A DNA stretch of 64,000 nt from an uncultured Bacteroidales bacterium (GCA_963781805.1 CAWAHF010000004.1:1774219-1838218), one strand, 5' to 3'. Positions 1 to 11,114 are shown, counted from the first letter of the stretch. The notes: generated from the letters alone by a model not told the origin. Numbers and translations are program-made.

Positions 1-933
1 AACAGAAGTAAAATTTACTATGGTTTCCAGTACCCGGTCTTTTATCTCATTCGCTGTGGGATTTAGTTCTTTCGTGGTAAATTGACCATGTCTTAAATCA
101 ATCCTTTCAAAGACCATCAAATAGAGATTGAATATTATTTCCAGGCTTAATTGATATCTTTTTGAAAGATTGGGTTCTACTTTTTTAATGATATCAAAGG
201 TTTCCTGTTTGAATTTTTCAGCAAGATGATAATATTCGGACACAAGATTCCGGAATCTTTCATCAACGGTACCGCTCCTCGCAAACTGGCTAAGCAATTC
301 ACGTGACAGACCATGTTTAACAATAAGTTCATCAGCAAAATAATTCAAATTATTATTTTGATCTTTCTGAAAATCCCGGATAATATGAACCAGGTAACTG
401 AAAACAGCACAAGGTCTGGCGACTTTGGCCACATCAAAAGCTGGAGGATTATATTTTCCATTTTCCCGATTTATGCCACATAGATGAACAAAAATTGCAG
501 CGGGTGCGACTGAAGCACCCTCGGCATAATTAAGAAATTCATCCATAGATGAAAATCCATTATTATGGATATCAAAAACCATAGCTTTGGCAAAGTTTTG
601 CAGAGGCCACAACGGAATACTATACTCAGTTAATGTCTCTGTTAATTCTTCCTGCAGCGGATTACACGGATTCATGTTTTTAATAACACTTATCCAATGT
701 TCAACATCACTGAGAAACTTCTCTTTTTCACTCTCATGAATAGCTTTGTTAGATGCTTTATGATTGTCAATAAGATCATCAATGGCACGCATGAATTTGT
801 AACATGTTTTAGCCGCGCAATACCTGTCATAGTCCCAAAAACGAGCTGCAATAAGTATATTCGGGTGATCCTTTATCTTTTCAAAATCAATATCATTGAA
901 TATATCGAGAAAACTTTGTTGGGTAAGTATCAT
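1..933 (-). CDS. crtB: Phytoene/squalene synthase family protein (3' end truncated by window edge)
   Basis: Not in the ORF track because it has no stop in the window. Manual translation from ATG at 933: MILTQQSFLDIFNDIDFEKIKDHPNILIAARFWDYDRYCAAKTCYKFMRAIDDLIDNH...YLVHIIRDFQKDQ. It has the DDxxD motif and a second RDxxxD-like motif, and lies directly downstream of crtI on the same strand. Confidence 0.8.
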   Translation of the reverse strand, partial: MILTQQSFLDIFNDIDFEKIKDHPNILIAARFWDYDRYCAAKTCYKFMRAIDDLIDNHKASNKAIHESEKEKFLSDVEHWISVIKNMNPCNPLQEELTETLTEYSIPLWPLQNFAKAMVFDIHNNGFSSMDEFLNYAEGASVAPAAIFVHLCGINRENGKYNPPAFDVAKVARPCAVFSYLVHIIRDFQKDQNNNLNYFADELIVKHGLSRELLSQFARSGTVDERFRNLVSEYYHLAEKFKQETFDIIKKVEPNLSKRYQLSLEIIFNLYLMVFERIDLRHGQFTTKELNPTANEIKDRVLETIVNFTSV

Positions 934-1019
934 ATTTAATTTGTAATTTTTAGTTGAAAAAACACTTCAAAAATCAGACCGAAATTAGCCACAATTATAT
1001 CAATTCCTTTAAGTGAATA

Positions 1020-2522
1020 TTAGTTTTCCTTGAAATCTGAATAACTGCTTAATATCCGCTCAGATGTTAACTTTGCAGAAAGCAGTACCAATGGAATTCC
1101 ATTTCCCGGATGTGTACTTCCTCCGACAAAGAACAGGTTTTTGTATTTTTTATGCCTGTTTTTTGGACGAAAATAGCCCATCTGCATAATATTATGATTC
1201 AGACTTCCAAAGGTAGCTCCCCTGGAAAGGTTAAATGCATTCTGCCAGGTTGCAGGAAGATAGCAAATTTCAAACTTGATATTTTCTTCCAGATCTTTCA
1301 TTCCAAGTTTGTGTAAACGGGCAATAACGCTGGCTCTGGCATCACTTCGCATCTTGTTCCAATCCTGCTGATATTTTCCATCCAGATGGCTTACCGGAAC
1401 AATAATTGATAGTGTGTCTTCTCCATCAGGTGCCGCAGAAGGATCTGACCTTACCGGAGCATGAACATAAAAACTTGGTTCGGTTGAGAGCGATTTCTTA
1501 TCAAATACCAGTTTCAGATTTTCATGATACCTGTCCGAAAGAAAAACACTGTGATGACCCAACTGAGGATATACCTTTTTAACACCCCAGTGAAAAACAA
1601 TGGCCGAACAGGTGTACTTTTTCTTATCAATTTTTGCTGATAAGGACTTATCCGGTAAAAGCTCCCGATAAACATAAGGCAGATCGGCGTTTGCAACAAT
1701 CACATCGGCTTTTACCAGGGTGCCATCTTTCAATAATACACCTGTTGCTTTTTGTGAATCTGTTTCTATTTTTTCTACCGGAGTTCCTAAAACAAATTTT
1801 ACTCCCAATCCTTCCGCAACAGAAATAAGTTTATCAACTACGCTCGACATACCCCCTTTGGCAAAGAATGAACCTTCTATCAACTCGGCGGCCGGTATCA
1901 TTGAAAAAAGTGCCGGTGCCTTCTCCGGATTCTGACCTACATAAATATTCTGGAAGGTGAAGGCTTTTTTCAGAAAGGAATTTTTAAAGAACTTCTTAAT
2001 ATAGATTACATGCCGGATATAGGTTTTAAGTTTAATCAACAGAAGGACATTTTTTAAATTAGCAAATTGAAAAAGATTCTCAAAATTACGTCCGATTAAC
2101 TCATTGATCGCCAGCAAGTATTTTTTATATCCTTGTGCCAAATACAACAGGAATTTTTGAAAGCTTCCGGGTTCAATCAATTCAAGCTGATCCTGCATTT
2201 TATTTAGATTGGAGGAAAATGCAAGTTTGTTGCCATCACCAACATAAAGTGTATAAAGCGTTTCCAGGGGAATCGTATCAAAGCTGTCCTCTAATGTTAT
2301 ACCAAGTGATTTAAAAACATCTCTGTAAATATTTGGCATTAAAAAAATAGTAGCGCCAATATCGAACCTGTGCCCGTCACGAACAACTCTGCCACATCTC
2401 CCTCCAGGGCTTACATTTTTTTCAAAAATAGTAACATCAAAACCATTCTTTGCAAGAAATATTGCAGTTGTTATACCCCCCACGCCGGCACCGATTATTA
2501 CAGCAGATCTGTTTTTCTTCAT
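1020..2522 (-). CDS. crtI: Phytoene desaturase family (CrtI/CrtN) FAD oxidoreductase
   Basis: N-terminal VIIGAGVGG Rossmann motif, GHRFDIGATIFLMP, C-terminal LFFVGGSTHPGNGIPLVLLSA carotenoid-desaturase signature; adjacent synthase. Confidence 0.85.
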   Translation of the reverse strand: MKKNRSAVIIGAGVGGITTAIFLAKNGFDVTIFEKNVSPGGRCGRVVRDGHRFDIGATIFLMPNIYRDVFKSLGITLEDSFDTIPLETLYTLYVGDGNKLAFSSNLNKMQDQLELIEPGSFQKFLLYLAQGYKKYLLAINELIGRNFENLFQFANLKNVLLLIKLKTYIRHVIYIKKFFKNSFLKKAFTFQNIYVGQNPEKAPALFSMIPAAELIEGSFFAKGGMSSVVDKLISVAEGLGVKFVLGTPVEKIETDSQKATGVLLKDGTLVKADVIVANADLPYVYRELLPDKSLSAKIDKKKYTCSAIVFHWGVKKVYPQLGHHSVFLSDRYHENLKLVFDKKSLSTEPSFYVHAPVRSDPSAAPDGEDTLSIIVPVSHLDGKYQQDWNKMRSDARASVIARLHKLGMKDLEENIKFEICYLPATWQNAFNLSRGATFGSLNHNIMQMGYFRPKNRHKKYKNLFFVGGSTHPGNGIPLVLLSAKLTSERILSSYSDFKEN

Positions 2523-2796
2523 TATAGTCTCCTACATTTTTCAACATGTCAAAATAACGAATAATTCAAAATGGAAGCAATGAAGAAAACAAAATAATCT
2601 TATAATTTTTTTCCGATTTACCAGATATTTCAATGCCTTGAACCAATTTATCTTGAACCATATAAAAATCAATTTGTTAGTATAAAGACAATAACTATTG
2701 TTTCAGGTTGCATTTAAATTCCTGAAATTTCAAGAATTAGATACAGGTTGTCATACGGAGTATGAAGTTTTTATTCGTAATGCTTGAAAGAAGCAA

Positions 2797-2804
2797 TATA
2801 TTTG
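2797..2804 (+). promoter_or_regulatory. Bacteroidota sigma-A -7 element (TATATTTG) for aconitase
   Basis: Exact TAnnTTTG match 29 bp upstream of the ATG. Confidence 0.65.
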
Positions 2805-2832
2805 CAAAAAATAATACAAAAAACAAAAGAAA

Positions 2833-5094
2833 ATGATTTTTGACCTTGAGATGATTAAAGATGTCTATACTGATTTTAAAAATCGCGTGGACGTTGCAGC
2901 CAGGCTGACTGGCAGGCCATTGACACTATCAGAAAAAATATTGTATACACATCTGTACGGGGGAATGGCAACCCAACAGTTTGTGCGAGGAAAAGATTAT
3001 GTTAATTTCACACCCGACCGGGTTGCTATGCAGGATGCGACAGCCCAGATGGCATTGTTGCAGTTCATGATGGCTGGAAAGAATAGGGTAGCCGTTCCGT
3101 CAACTGTTCATTGCGATCATCTGATCCTTGCTAAAGAAGGAGCTTTAAAAGATCTCGAGACATCTAAAATAACAAACAGGGAAGTTTTTGATTTTTTGTC
3201 ATCCGTATCCAGCAAATATGGTATTGGATTCTGGAAACCGGGAGCCGGTATAATTCACCAGGTGATACTTGAAAATTATGCCTTCCCCGGAGGAATGATG
3301 ATAGGAACAGACTCTCACAGCGTAAATGCAGGTGGACTCGGGATGATTGCTATTGGAGTTGGAGGTGCTGATGCCGTAGACGTAATGGCCGGAATGCCCT
3401 GGGAATTAAAATTTCCAAAACTTATTGGTGTAAAGTTAATCGGAAGATTAAACGGATGGGCATCTGCAAAGGACGTTATCCTGAAAGTTGCAGGTATTTT
3501 GACGGTGAAAGGCGGTACCGGAGCAATTCTCGAATATTTTGGCGAAGGAGCAAAAAGTATTTCGTGCACAGGAAAAGGGACTATCTGCAATATGGGTGCT
3601 GAAATAGGTGCAACCACATCGGTATTTGGTTACGACACTAAAATGGCTGAGTATCTCAGAGGGACCGGCAGAAGCGAGATTGCTGATTTGGCAGATAACC
3701 TGAGCAATTATCTTACAGGAGACCGTTCAGTCTATGAAAATCCAGAAAAATATTTTGATCAGGTGATTGAAATTAACCTGTCGGATTTGGAACCACATAT
3801 AAATGGACCTTTTACACCAGATTTGGCAACACCACTTTCACAATTTGCCAAAGCTGTAAAAGAAAACGGATGGCCCGAAAAACTTGACGTCGGACTTATC
3901 GGTTCATGTACAAATTCATCCTACGAAGATCTTACCCGGGCTGCTTCACTGGCCCAGCAGGCTAATGTTAAAAAACTAAAAGCAAAATCAGAATTCACTG
4001 TTACCCCGGGTTCAGAACAGGTAAGATTTACAGCCGAAAGAGACGGACTATTGGATAAATTTGAAAAAATGGGCGGAGTGGTCCTTGCCAATGCCTGTGG
4101 CCCCTGTATCGGACAATGGGCAAGATACGGCGCTGAAAAACAGGAAAAGAACTCCATCATGACTTCTTTCAACAGAAACTTTGCAAAGCGGAACGATGGA
4201 AATCCCAATACACACGGATTTGTTGCATCACCGGAATTAACCACTGCATTCGCCATTGCAGGAACACTCTCATTCAATCCAATGACAGATTATCTTGTAA
4301 ACATTGATGGTGAAAAGGTAAAGCTGGATGAACCCAAAGGATTCGAAATGCCTTTGAATGGATTTGATGTAAAAGACAGAGGATACCAGGCTCCTGCAAA
4401 AGAGGGCAGCCAGATTAACATAGAAGTGAAATCCGATTCCAACCGGTTGCAATTACTCACTCCTTTTCAATCCTGGAATGGGAAAGATATTACGGATCTT
4501 AAGGTACTTATTAAGGCCAAAGGTAAATGTACCACTGATCATATTTCCATGGCTGGCCCCTGGCTGAGATTCAGGGGACACCTCGATAACATATCTGACA
4601 ATATGCTAATAGGTGCTGTGAATTATTTCAATAATAAAACCAACTCGGTAAAAAACCTGATGACCGGACAGTACGATGAAGTTCCAAAAACACAGAGGGC
4701 ATATAAGCAGAAAGGCATAGGAACTATCATTATTGGTGATGAAAATTACGGTGAAGGTTCATCGCGAGAGCATGCAGCCATGGAACCCAGGCATATGGGA
4801 ATAAAAGCAGTACTGGTTCGTTCGTTTGCGCGAATACATGAGACTAATCTTAAAAAGCAGGGTATGCTTGCTCTGACTTTTGCTAATAAAGAAGATTATG
4901 ATAAAATTAGAGAAGATGATACAATAGATATTACAGGTCTTGCACATTTTGCACCAAACAAGTCACTCAAACTTATTTTACATCATACCGACGGATCGGT
5001 TGAGGAATTAACGGTGAACCATTCCTACAATGAAAACCAGATAGAATGGTTTAAAGCAGGATCAGCATTGAATCTGATAAGAAAGCAACAATAA
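2833..5094 (+). CDS. acnA: Aconitate hydratase (mitochondrial-type, 753 aa)
   Basis: [28 protein letters not shown] and [11 protein letters not shown] (Fe-S cysteines), [10 protein letters not shown] swivel motif. Confidence 0.95.
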   Translation: MIFDLEMIKDVYTDFKNRVDVAARLTGRPLTLSEKILYTHLYGGMATQQFVRGKDYVNFTPDRVAMQDATAQMALLQFMMAGKNRVAVPSTVHCDHLILAKEGALKDLETSKITNREVFDFLSSVSSKYGIGFWKPGAGIIHQVILENYAFPGGMMIGTDSHSVNAGGLGMIAIGVGGADAVDVMAGMPWELKFPKLIGVKLIGRLNGWASAKDVILKVAGILTVKGGTGAILEYFGEGAKSISCTGKGTICNMGAEIGATTSVFGYDTKMAEYLRGTGRSEIADLADNLSNYLTGDRSVYENPEKYFDQVIEINLSDLEPHINGPFTPDLATPLSQFAKAVKENGWPEKLDVGLIGSCTNSSYEDLTRAASLAQQANVKKLKAKSEFTVTPGSEQVRFTAERDGLLDKFEKMGGVVLANACGPCIGQWARYGAEKQEKNSIMTSFNRNFAKRNDGNPNTHGFVASPELTTAFAIAGTLSFNPMTDYLVNIDGEKVKLDEPKGFEMPLNGFDVKDRGYQAPAKEGSQINIEVKSDSNRLQLLTPFQSWNGKDITDLKVLIKAKGKCTTDHISMAGPWLRFRGHLDNISDNMLIGAVNYFNNKTNSVKNLMTGQYDEVPKTQRAYKQKGIGTIIIGDENYGEGSSREHAAMEPRHMGIKAVLVRSFARIHETNLKKQGMLALTFANKEDYDKIREDDTIDITGLAHFAPNKSLKLILHHTDGSVEELTVNHSYNENQIEWFKAGSALNLIRKQQ

Positions 5095-5108
5095 TAATCT
5101 TTGAGAAC

Positions 5109-5135
5109 TCTCCAAAAGATTGGAACTTTTGGAGA
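5109..5135. terminator. Perfect 10-bp hairpin between aconitase and miaA (terminator or mRNA stabiliser)
   Basis: TCTCCAAAAG-N7-CTTTTGGAGA; U-tract is poor. Confidence 0.4.
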
Positions 5136-5147
5136 ATTGAATTTAAC

Positions 5148-6059
5148 ATGCCCGACAAAACACTAATAGTAATTGCAGGTCCCACCGCTGTAGGTAAAAC
5201 TTATGTTGGAATTGAGTTGGCAAAACAATTTAACACAGAGATAATCTCATGCGATTCACGACAAATTTATAAGGAGCTGAATATAGGAACAGCGATTCCG
5301 TCAGAGGAATTACTGAAAGAAGTTAAGCATCATTTTATTCAAAGCAAATCCATTCATGCATATTACAACGCAAGTATGTATGAATCTGAAACAATGGAAT
5401 TGCTTGATATCCTTTTTAAAAATCATACTATTGTGCTAATGGTGGGCGGTTCGGGATTATATATCGATGCAGTGTGCAAGGGCATTGATGATTTACCGGA
5501 TATTGACAAAGAAATCAGACAACAGTTAGCTGATCGTATGGAAAAGGAGGGAATTGAAAGTCTGCGCCTTGAATTAAAAAGACTAGATCCTGAATACTAT
5601 CAGCAGGTTGATTTGAGGAATTATAAAAGAATTCTTAAAGCTCTTGAGATAACTTTAATGACGGGTAAGCCTTACTCTGCCTTTCTCACGAACACACACA
5701 AAAAAAGGCCTTTTCATACGATTAAAATCGGGTTGAATATGAAACGTGAAGAACTTTACCAGAGAATAAATCATCGCGTTGATGTCATGATTGAATCCGG
5801 TTTGGTTGATGAAGCCAGAGCGCTCAGGGCATACAGTCATCTTAACGCTTTAAATACGGTAGGTTATAAAGAAATATTCCGGTATTTCAACAAGGACATT
5901 TCCCTGGAAGAAGCAATTGACCTGATCAAACGAGATACCCGGAAATATGCCAGACGCCAGCTTACCTGGTTTAGAAAATATAAGGATATAGAATGGTTTG
6001 ATCCGAAGGATATTGAAGAGATTTTCGCCTTTGTAAATGCAAATGTTTCAAATGCATAA
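5148..6059 (+). CDS. miaA: tRNA dimethylallyltransferase
   Basis: GPTAVGKT P-loop, DSRQIY, VGGSGLY, TRKYARRQLTWFR. Confidence 0.97.
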   Translation: MPDKTLIVIAGPTAVGKTYVGIELAKQFNTEIISCDSRQIYKELNIGTAIPSEELLKEVKHHFIQSKSIHAYYNASMYESETMELLDILFKNHTIVLMVGGSGLYIDAVCKGIDDLPDIDKEIRQQLADRMEKEGIESLRLELKRLDPEYYQQVDLRNYKRILKALEITLMTGKPYSAFLTNTHKKRPFHTIKIGLNMKREELYQRINHRVDVMIESGLVDEARALRAYSHLNALNTVGYKEIFRYFNKDISLEEAIDLIKRDTRKYARRQLTWFRKYKDIEWFDPKDIEEIFAFVNANVSNA

Positions 6060-6255
6060 TGGCTATATTTTCAGACTACGTATTAATTCAGGAACGATTT
6101 AAATTTATGCAGACGCTGTTAATCCATTTTTTTATTTCACAGAAATTTTCACCTATTTATTTTCCCAATCCACTTTAGGATAAAGCTATATACTACTGTA
6201 ACTTATTTTATTCAAATTAATTTCTTAATCAGGCCGAATTTTGAAATGATATTTT

Positions 6256-6263
6256 TACATTTG
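6256..6263 (+). promoter_or_regulatory. Sigma-A -7 element (TACATTTG) for prs
   Basis: TAnnTTTG match upstream of prs. Confidence 0.6.
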
Positions 6264-6305
6264 CAGCGCAAAATTTTCATAACCATAAAATAAAAACCAC
6301 TTCAA

Positions 6306-7244
6306 ATGAAAATTAAGGCCCCGATTAAGTTTTTTTCCGGTAGGGCAAGTACCGATCTTGCCCAAAAAATAGTAAAAAGTTTTGGTACCGAATTGGGCAG
6401 AACATCTGTTCTTGAGTTTAGCGACGGAGAATTTCAGCCATACTATGAAGAATCGGTAAGAGGATGTATCGTATTTATTGTACAGTCCACTTTTCCGCCT
6501 TCCGACAACCTGATGGAACTATTACTCATGGTTGATGCAGCCAAACGGGCATCTGCCTATAAGGTAGTGGCTGTTATGCCGTACATGGGGCTTGCACGTC
6601 AGGATAGAAAAGATAAACCCAGATGTGCAATTGGAGCAAAACTGGTAGCCGATCTGTTAACTACTGCTGGTGTCGACAGGGTGATGACTATGGATTTACA
6701 TGCAGATCAGATTCAGGGTTTTTATAATGTACCGGTGGATCATCTCTACGCATCTACCTTGTTTGTTCCGTATATCAAAAGTCTGGGACTTGAAAATATG
6801 GTTATTGCGGCTCCTGATATGGGAGGAACCAAAAGGGCAAATGCCTATTCAAGATTTCTGCAAACCGAAATGGTAATTTGTTACAAACTGAGGAAAAAAG
6901 CGAATGTGGTTGAAGAAATAAGAGTTATTGGAGATGTGAAAGGTAAAAATGTAATCATTGTTGATGATATGATTGATACGGCAGGGACCATTTGTCTGGC
7001 AGCCAACCTGATGAAAACTCAGGGTGCAAAAAGCATCCGGGTCGTTGTTACCCATCCTGTTTTTTCAGGTCCTGCTTACGATCGTATTGATTCCTCAGCC
7101 ATAACCGAAGTTGCTGTTACTGATTCCATCCCCCTGAAAAATCATATTGATAAGATAAAAGTTCTCTCAGTTGCAGACTTGTTTGCCGATGTTATACATA
7201 AAGTATATAAATATAGATCAATAAGTTCGAATTTTGTTGTTTAA
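6306..7244 (+). CDS. prs: Ribose-phosphate pyrophosphokinase
   Basis: FSDGE, ARQDRK, DLHADQIQGF, IIVDDMIDTAGT PRPP-binding motif. Confidence 0.97.
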   Translation: MKIKAPIKFFSGRASTDLAQKIVKSFGTELGRTSVLEFSDGEFQPYYEESVRGCIVFIVQSTFPPSDNLMELLLMVDAAKRASAYKVVAVMPYMGLARQDRKDKPRCAIGAKLVADLLTTAGVDRVMTMDLHADQIQGFYNVPVDHLYASTLFVPYIKSLGLENMVIAAPDMGGTKRANAYSRFLQTEMVICYKLRKKANVVEEIRVIGDVKGKNVIIVDDMIDTAGTICLAANLMKTQGAKSIRVVVTHPVFSGPAYDRIDSSAITEVAVTDSIPLKNHIDKIKVLSVADLFADVIHKVYKYRSISSNFVV

Positions 7245-7248
7245 TTAC

Positions 7249-7256
7249 TATATTTG
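7249..7256 (+). promoter_or_regulatory. Sigma-A -7 element (TATATTTG) for rplY-pth
   Basis: TAnnTTTG match about 100 bp upstream of rplY. Confidence 0.6.
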
Positions 7257-7352
7257 CACGCTTTTTAAACAATGAGTGTGATGGGGAATAATAACCTCTC
7301 TGCATTGATGATTCCAGGTAGCACGTGAAATTAATTGTTTAAATAAATATAT

Positions 7353-7985
7353 ATGAAAACTTTCGATATTAGTGTTAAAAAAAGAAGTGAATTAGGAAAA
7401 AAGGTTACCAAAAAGCTTAGAGCTGAAGGAAACGTACCCTGTGTTATGTATGGTGGAGGAGAAACCCTTCATTTTTATGCTCACGAAAACAGTTTCAGAA
7501 ACCTTATCTATACACACCATGTTCATATGATAAATTTCGATATTGAAGGCAAGCTGCATAAAGCAATATTGAAGGAAATTCAGTTTCATCCGGTGTCCGA
7601 TAAAATTCTTCACATCGATTTTATAGAGATATCTGATACCAAACCGGCAGTTGTTGATATACCTGTCGAACTGATTGGAAATTCTATTGGGATTAGAAAC
7701 GGTGGTAAGCTGCGCCAGCGGAGAAGACTGATTAAGGTAAAGGGACTGGTATCGAAGATGCCCGATGTACTGGAAATAGACATTAGCGATCTGGACATAG
7801 GTGAGTCTTTAAAAGTAAGGGATTTGAAATACGACGATCTTGAATTGCTTGATCCGCCTCAGTCGATGGTTGTTGGTGTGATATCATCTCGTATTGCAGC
7901 TAAGGGTATGGCACCTGCTGCTGTTGAAACACCCGAAGTTGAAAAACCTGAGGAAGAAGAAGCTAAAGACGAAGCTGAATCATAA
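7353..7985 (+). CDS. rplY: 50S ribosomal protein L25/general stress protein Ctc
   Basis: LRAEGNVPCVMYG, EIQFHPVSDKILHIDF, acidic tail; conserved prs-rplY-pth order. Confidence 0.95.
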   Translation: MKTFDISVKKRSELGKKVTKKLRAEGNVPCVMYGGGETLHFYAHENSFRNLIYTHHVHMINFDIEGKLHKAILKEIQFHPVSDKILHIDFIEISDTKPAVVDIPVELIGNSIGIRNGGKLRQRRRLIKVKGLVSKMPDVLEIDISDLDIGESLKVRDLKYDDLELLDPPQSMVVGVISSRIAAKGMAPAAVETPEVEKPEEEEAKDEAES

Positions 7986-8007
7986 TTTTAAAATTTAAAT
8001 ATCAGCC

Positions 8008-8571
8008 TTGAAGTATCTTATTGCAGGTCTTGGAAATATTGGTACTGAATATCAAAATACAAGGCATAATATAGGATTCAGAATATTGGATGCCCTGACT
8101 TCGGCATCCAATATTAGTTTTAGCACCATGCGATATGGTGCTTTATCCGAATACAAGTATAAAGGCAGAATTTTAATCCTTCTTAAACCTTCCACATACA
8201 TGAACCTTAGTGGAAAAGCAGTAAATTACTGGCTACAGAAAGAAAAAATTCCGGTTGAAAATCTATTAGTGCTGGTAGATGATGTTGCCCTTCCTATCGG
8301 AAAACTCAGGTTGAAGCCACACGGCAGCGATGGCGGTCACAATGGCTTATTAAACATAAACCAGACACTTGGCCACCAAAATTATGCCAGACTTAGATTC
8401 GGTATTGGCAGCGATTTTGATTTTGGTACCCAAATAGATTATGTACTGGGCAATTGGACTCCGGAACAGGAGAAAATACTTCCTGAAAAAATTAAAACTT
8501 CCATTGACATTATTCATAGCTTCACTAAGATTGGTTGTGAAAAGACCATGAATATTTTCAATCACAACTAA
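8008..8571 (+). CDS. pth: Peptidyl-tRNA hydrolase (TTG start)
   Basis: GLGNIG-x-Y-x-TRHNIGF, [17 protein letters not shown]. Confidence 0.97.
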   Translation: MKYLIAGLGNIGTEYQNTRHNIGFRILDALTSASNISFSTMRYGALSEYKYKGRILILLKPSTYMNLSGKAVNYWLQKEKIPVENLLVLVDDVALPIGKLRLKPHGSDGGHNGLLNINQTLGHQNYARLRFGIGSDFDFGTQIDYVLGNWTPEQEKILPEKIKTSIDIIHSFTKIGCEKTMNIFNHN

Positions 8572-8687
8572 TATTTTCTATGTTTACATGAAGGTTTGAC
8601 CGGATTAATGAATCCTACTAAGGAATTAACAAGTTAAAGTTTTGTTAATTTTATATCACTCACCTAATTTTATCTTAATTTCACCAT

Positions 8688-9980
8688 GTGAACAACGGAA
8701 TGAATAAACATACCCTTCAGATCATTGTTTTTCTTACTGCGATTTCTGTAATTGGTATTATTGTAACGCAAACGTTCTGGATAAGAAAATCAATTATAAT
8801 AGCACAAAAGCAATTTGATCACAGAGCCGATAAAGCCCTTGGCGATATAGTTGATGAGCTGAAAAATTATACCGACACCAGTTTTAGAATTTCACACAAT
8901 TTACCGCTACATAAAGCAAGTGAAAAATCAAGTACAATCTTTGATGTAATTGATACATCAGTGCTTAAATCCATTATGACCAAATATATCAATTATCATA
9001 TGTTAGGCAGCGATTATCAGTATGCCATTGTGAGAACTGCTGATGATTCCATAATATTTTCAACACCCGATTATAAAAAAATAAGAAGTAAGAGCGAACC
9101 ATATAAAGCATGTCTTTCGTGCATTTGGAAAGAAGAATATTTTCATCTTTCACTTTGCTTTAATAACCGGAATAAGGCAATTTTACTTGGACTCTCAAGC
9201 TGGTTGTTTTTATCTTCCCTGTTCATTTTAATTATTATCTTCAGCTTTTCATTTATCATATACACTATACTCCGGCAAAAGAAACTGTCTGAGCTCAAAA
9301 ACGACTTTATAAACAATATGACCCATGAGTTCAAAACACCTATCTCAACAATTTCGCTGGCTTCGGAAGTCCTGGTAAACTACGAGCCTGAAATGCCGGT
9401 TGAACGGGTAAAAAAATATTCTCAAATAATTTTCGACGAGAATCAGCGTATGAGAGACCAGGTGGAACGGGTGCTCAACATGGCCCAACATGAAAAAGGC
9501 GAATTGAAACTCACCAAAACACAGGTGGATTTACATGAGCTGATTCTGAATACCTCAACTATCGATTTCTTTGAAAGCAGCGATAAAAAGCTGAAAATAG
9601 AATTTGCATTTAAAGCCAAAAAACACACGTTGTATGCAGACGAACTTCATCTGGTCAATGTGATAAAAAACATTATAGAGAATGCCTATAAATATTCGGG
9701 TGATCATCCCAAACTCGAAATTTCAACTTCCGATTTTCAAAATGGTATTTTAATTTCCTTTAAAGACAACGGAATAGGAATGAGCAACGAAACGCAAAAG
9801 CACATTTTTGAAAAGTTCTATCGCATACCAACAGGAAATGTTCATAATGTAAAAGGGTTTGGACTGGGACTTTATTATGTTAAAACTATGGTAGAGGCTC
9901 ACGGAGGATATATCAGAGTATCGGGTGAATTGAACAAGGGTAGCCGGTTTGATGTTTATTTACCTGAAAATTCAAGATAA
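8688..9980 (+). CDS. Membrane sensor histidine kinase (RprX/PhoR-like)
   Basis: Two TM segments, H-box THEFKTP, N-box NIIENAYKY, DNGIG and GFGLGL G-boxes. Confidence 0.93.
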   Translation: MNNGMNKHTLQIIVFLTAISVIGIIVTQTFWIRKSIIIAQKQFDHRADKALGDIVDELKNYTDTSFRISHNLPLHKASEKSSTIFDVIDTSVLKSIMTKYINYHMLGSDYQYAIVRTADDSIIFSTPDYKKIRSKSEPYKACLSCIWKEEYFHLSLCFNNRNKAILLGLSSWLFLSSLFILIIIFSFSFIIYTILRQKKLSELKNDFINNMTHEFKTPISTISLASEVLVNYEPEMPVERVKKYSQIIFDENQRMRDQVERVLNMAQHEKGELKLTKTQVDLHELILNTSTIDFFESSDKKLKIEFAFKAKKHTLYADELHLVNVIKNIIENAYKYSGDHPKLEISTSDFQNGILISFKDNGIGMSNETQKHIFEKFYRIPTGNVHNVKGFGLGLYYVKTMVEAHGGYIRVSGELNKGSRFDVYLPENSR

Positions 9981-9988
9981 AACCCTGT

Positions 9989-10696
9989 TTGGATATGGCA
10001 AAATCGAACGGCAAAATACTATTGGTGGAGGATGATAAAAATCTTGGATTTATTATTAAGGACTTCTTAGAGATGTCCAACTACCATGTAATTTTGCGTG
10101 ATAACGGACAGAACGGACTAAATGAATATTTAAAAAACAGCTTTGATCTGGTGCTGATTGATATTATGCTTCCCAATGTAGATGGTTTTACCGTTGTGGA
10201 AGAAATCCGGAAAAAGGATTTTCATACTCCGGTTATTTTTATTACTGCAAAATCAATGAGCGAAGATAAAATCAAAGGATTTAAAATCGGAGCCGATGAT
10301 TATATTACAAAGCCTTTCAGTACCGAGGAATTATTGCTCAGAGTGAATGCTGTATTAAGGAGAACCCGTTTGCAACTGCCCGGAATTAATGAAGATTTAA
10401 AATATAAAATCGGACATTATCTTTTTGATTATAAAAATCTTTTGCTTTCATCACCAGTTTCGGAACAACGACTTACAAGACGCGAATCGGATGTTTTAAA
10501 CCTGTTGTGTATTCACGTAAATAACATAGTGCGCAGAGATGTAATGCTAAAAACTGTCTGGGGTGAAGATGATTATTTTATGGGTAGGAGTATGGATGTC
10601 TATATTACCAAACTGCGTAAATTATTAAAGGAAGATTCTTCGGTTTCTATCATCAATATACATAACACCGGATTTATGCTCGAGGTGAAAAATTAA
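9989..10696 (+). CDS. OmpR-family response regulator (RprY/PhoB-like)
   Basis: LLVEDD, DIMLP phospho-acceptor, GADDYITKPF, winged-helix MDVYITKLRK. Confidence 0.93.
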   Translation: MDMAKSNGKILLVEDDKNLGFIIKDFLEMSNYHVILRDNGQNGLNEYLKNSFDLVLIDIMLPNVDGFTVVEEIRKKDFHTPVIFITAKSMSEDKIKGFKIGADDYITKPFSTEELLLRVNAVLRRTRLQLPGINEDLKYKIGHYLFDYKNLLLSSPVSEQRLTRRESDVLNLLCIHVNNIVRRDVMLKTVWGEDDYFMGRSMDVYITKLRKLLKEDSSVSIINIHNTGFMLEVKN

Positions 10697-10705
10697 AGAA
10701 GAATC

Positions 10706-10975
10706 TCAGTTGATAATTATCTTTCCTGTAAAAAGAAAGCTAAAATCAGTATTAAATACTTTGTAAAAATAGCTCCCTTTTTTAAGCTGCCCGCTGCCAA
10801 GGATAAATTTATTGGAAATGATATTTGAATAGCTGTAGACTTTGGTGCCGTTTAGGTCGAATAATTCCAGCGAACATGGTTTCCCGAGGTTTTCAGGAAT
10901 GGTAATAATCGTATAAGCTGAAAACGGATTTGGGTGTACTTCCACGGCTTTATAGCCTATATTAATTGATTCCAT
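10706..10975 (-). CDS. Stand-alone T9SS type A C-terminal sorting domain protein (no signal peptide)
   Basis: VHPNPF...LELFDLNGTKV...LKKGSYFYKV...GKIIIN matches the Por secretion CTD pattern. Confidence 0.7.
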   Translation of the reverse strand: MESINIGYKAVEVHPNPFSAYTIITIPENLGKPCSLELFDLNGTKVYSYSNIISNKFILGSGQLKKGSYFYKVFNTDFSFLFTGKIIIN

Positions 10976-11052
10976 GACTTTTCATTTTAATTTCAATAAA
11001 TCATCTGCAAAGCGTGTGCCAATTTTTTTTGTTAACATTCATTATCTTGTTT

Positions 11053-11109
11053 CAAAATTAAATGGTATTAAGTTATTGATGATTAAAACAAAGTTAAGGT
11101 TGCGTTAAA
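11053..11109 (-). promoter_or_regulatory. Pho-box-like 11-bp direct repeats plus -7 element for the CTD-only ORF
   Basis: Minus-strand TTAAC/TTAAC/TTAAT start at 11108, 11097 and 11086; TAATTTTG at 11060-11053. Confidence 0.55.
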
Positions 11110-11114
11110 TTAAT

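Noticed and set aside
697-939. 80-aa plus-strand ORF
   Set aside because: Antisense to the crtB-like gene, which the ORF track missed because it lacks a stop in the window.
8605-8650. TTAA repeats upstream of the histidine kinase (autoregulatory box?)
   Set aside because: Spacing inconsistent (21, 8, 11 bp) and no good -7 element at the 26-bp offset.
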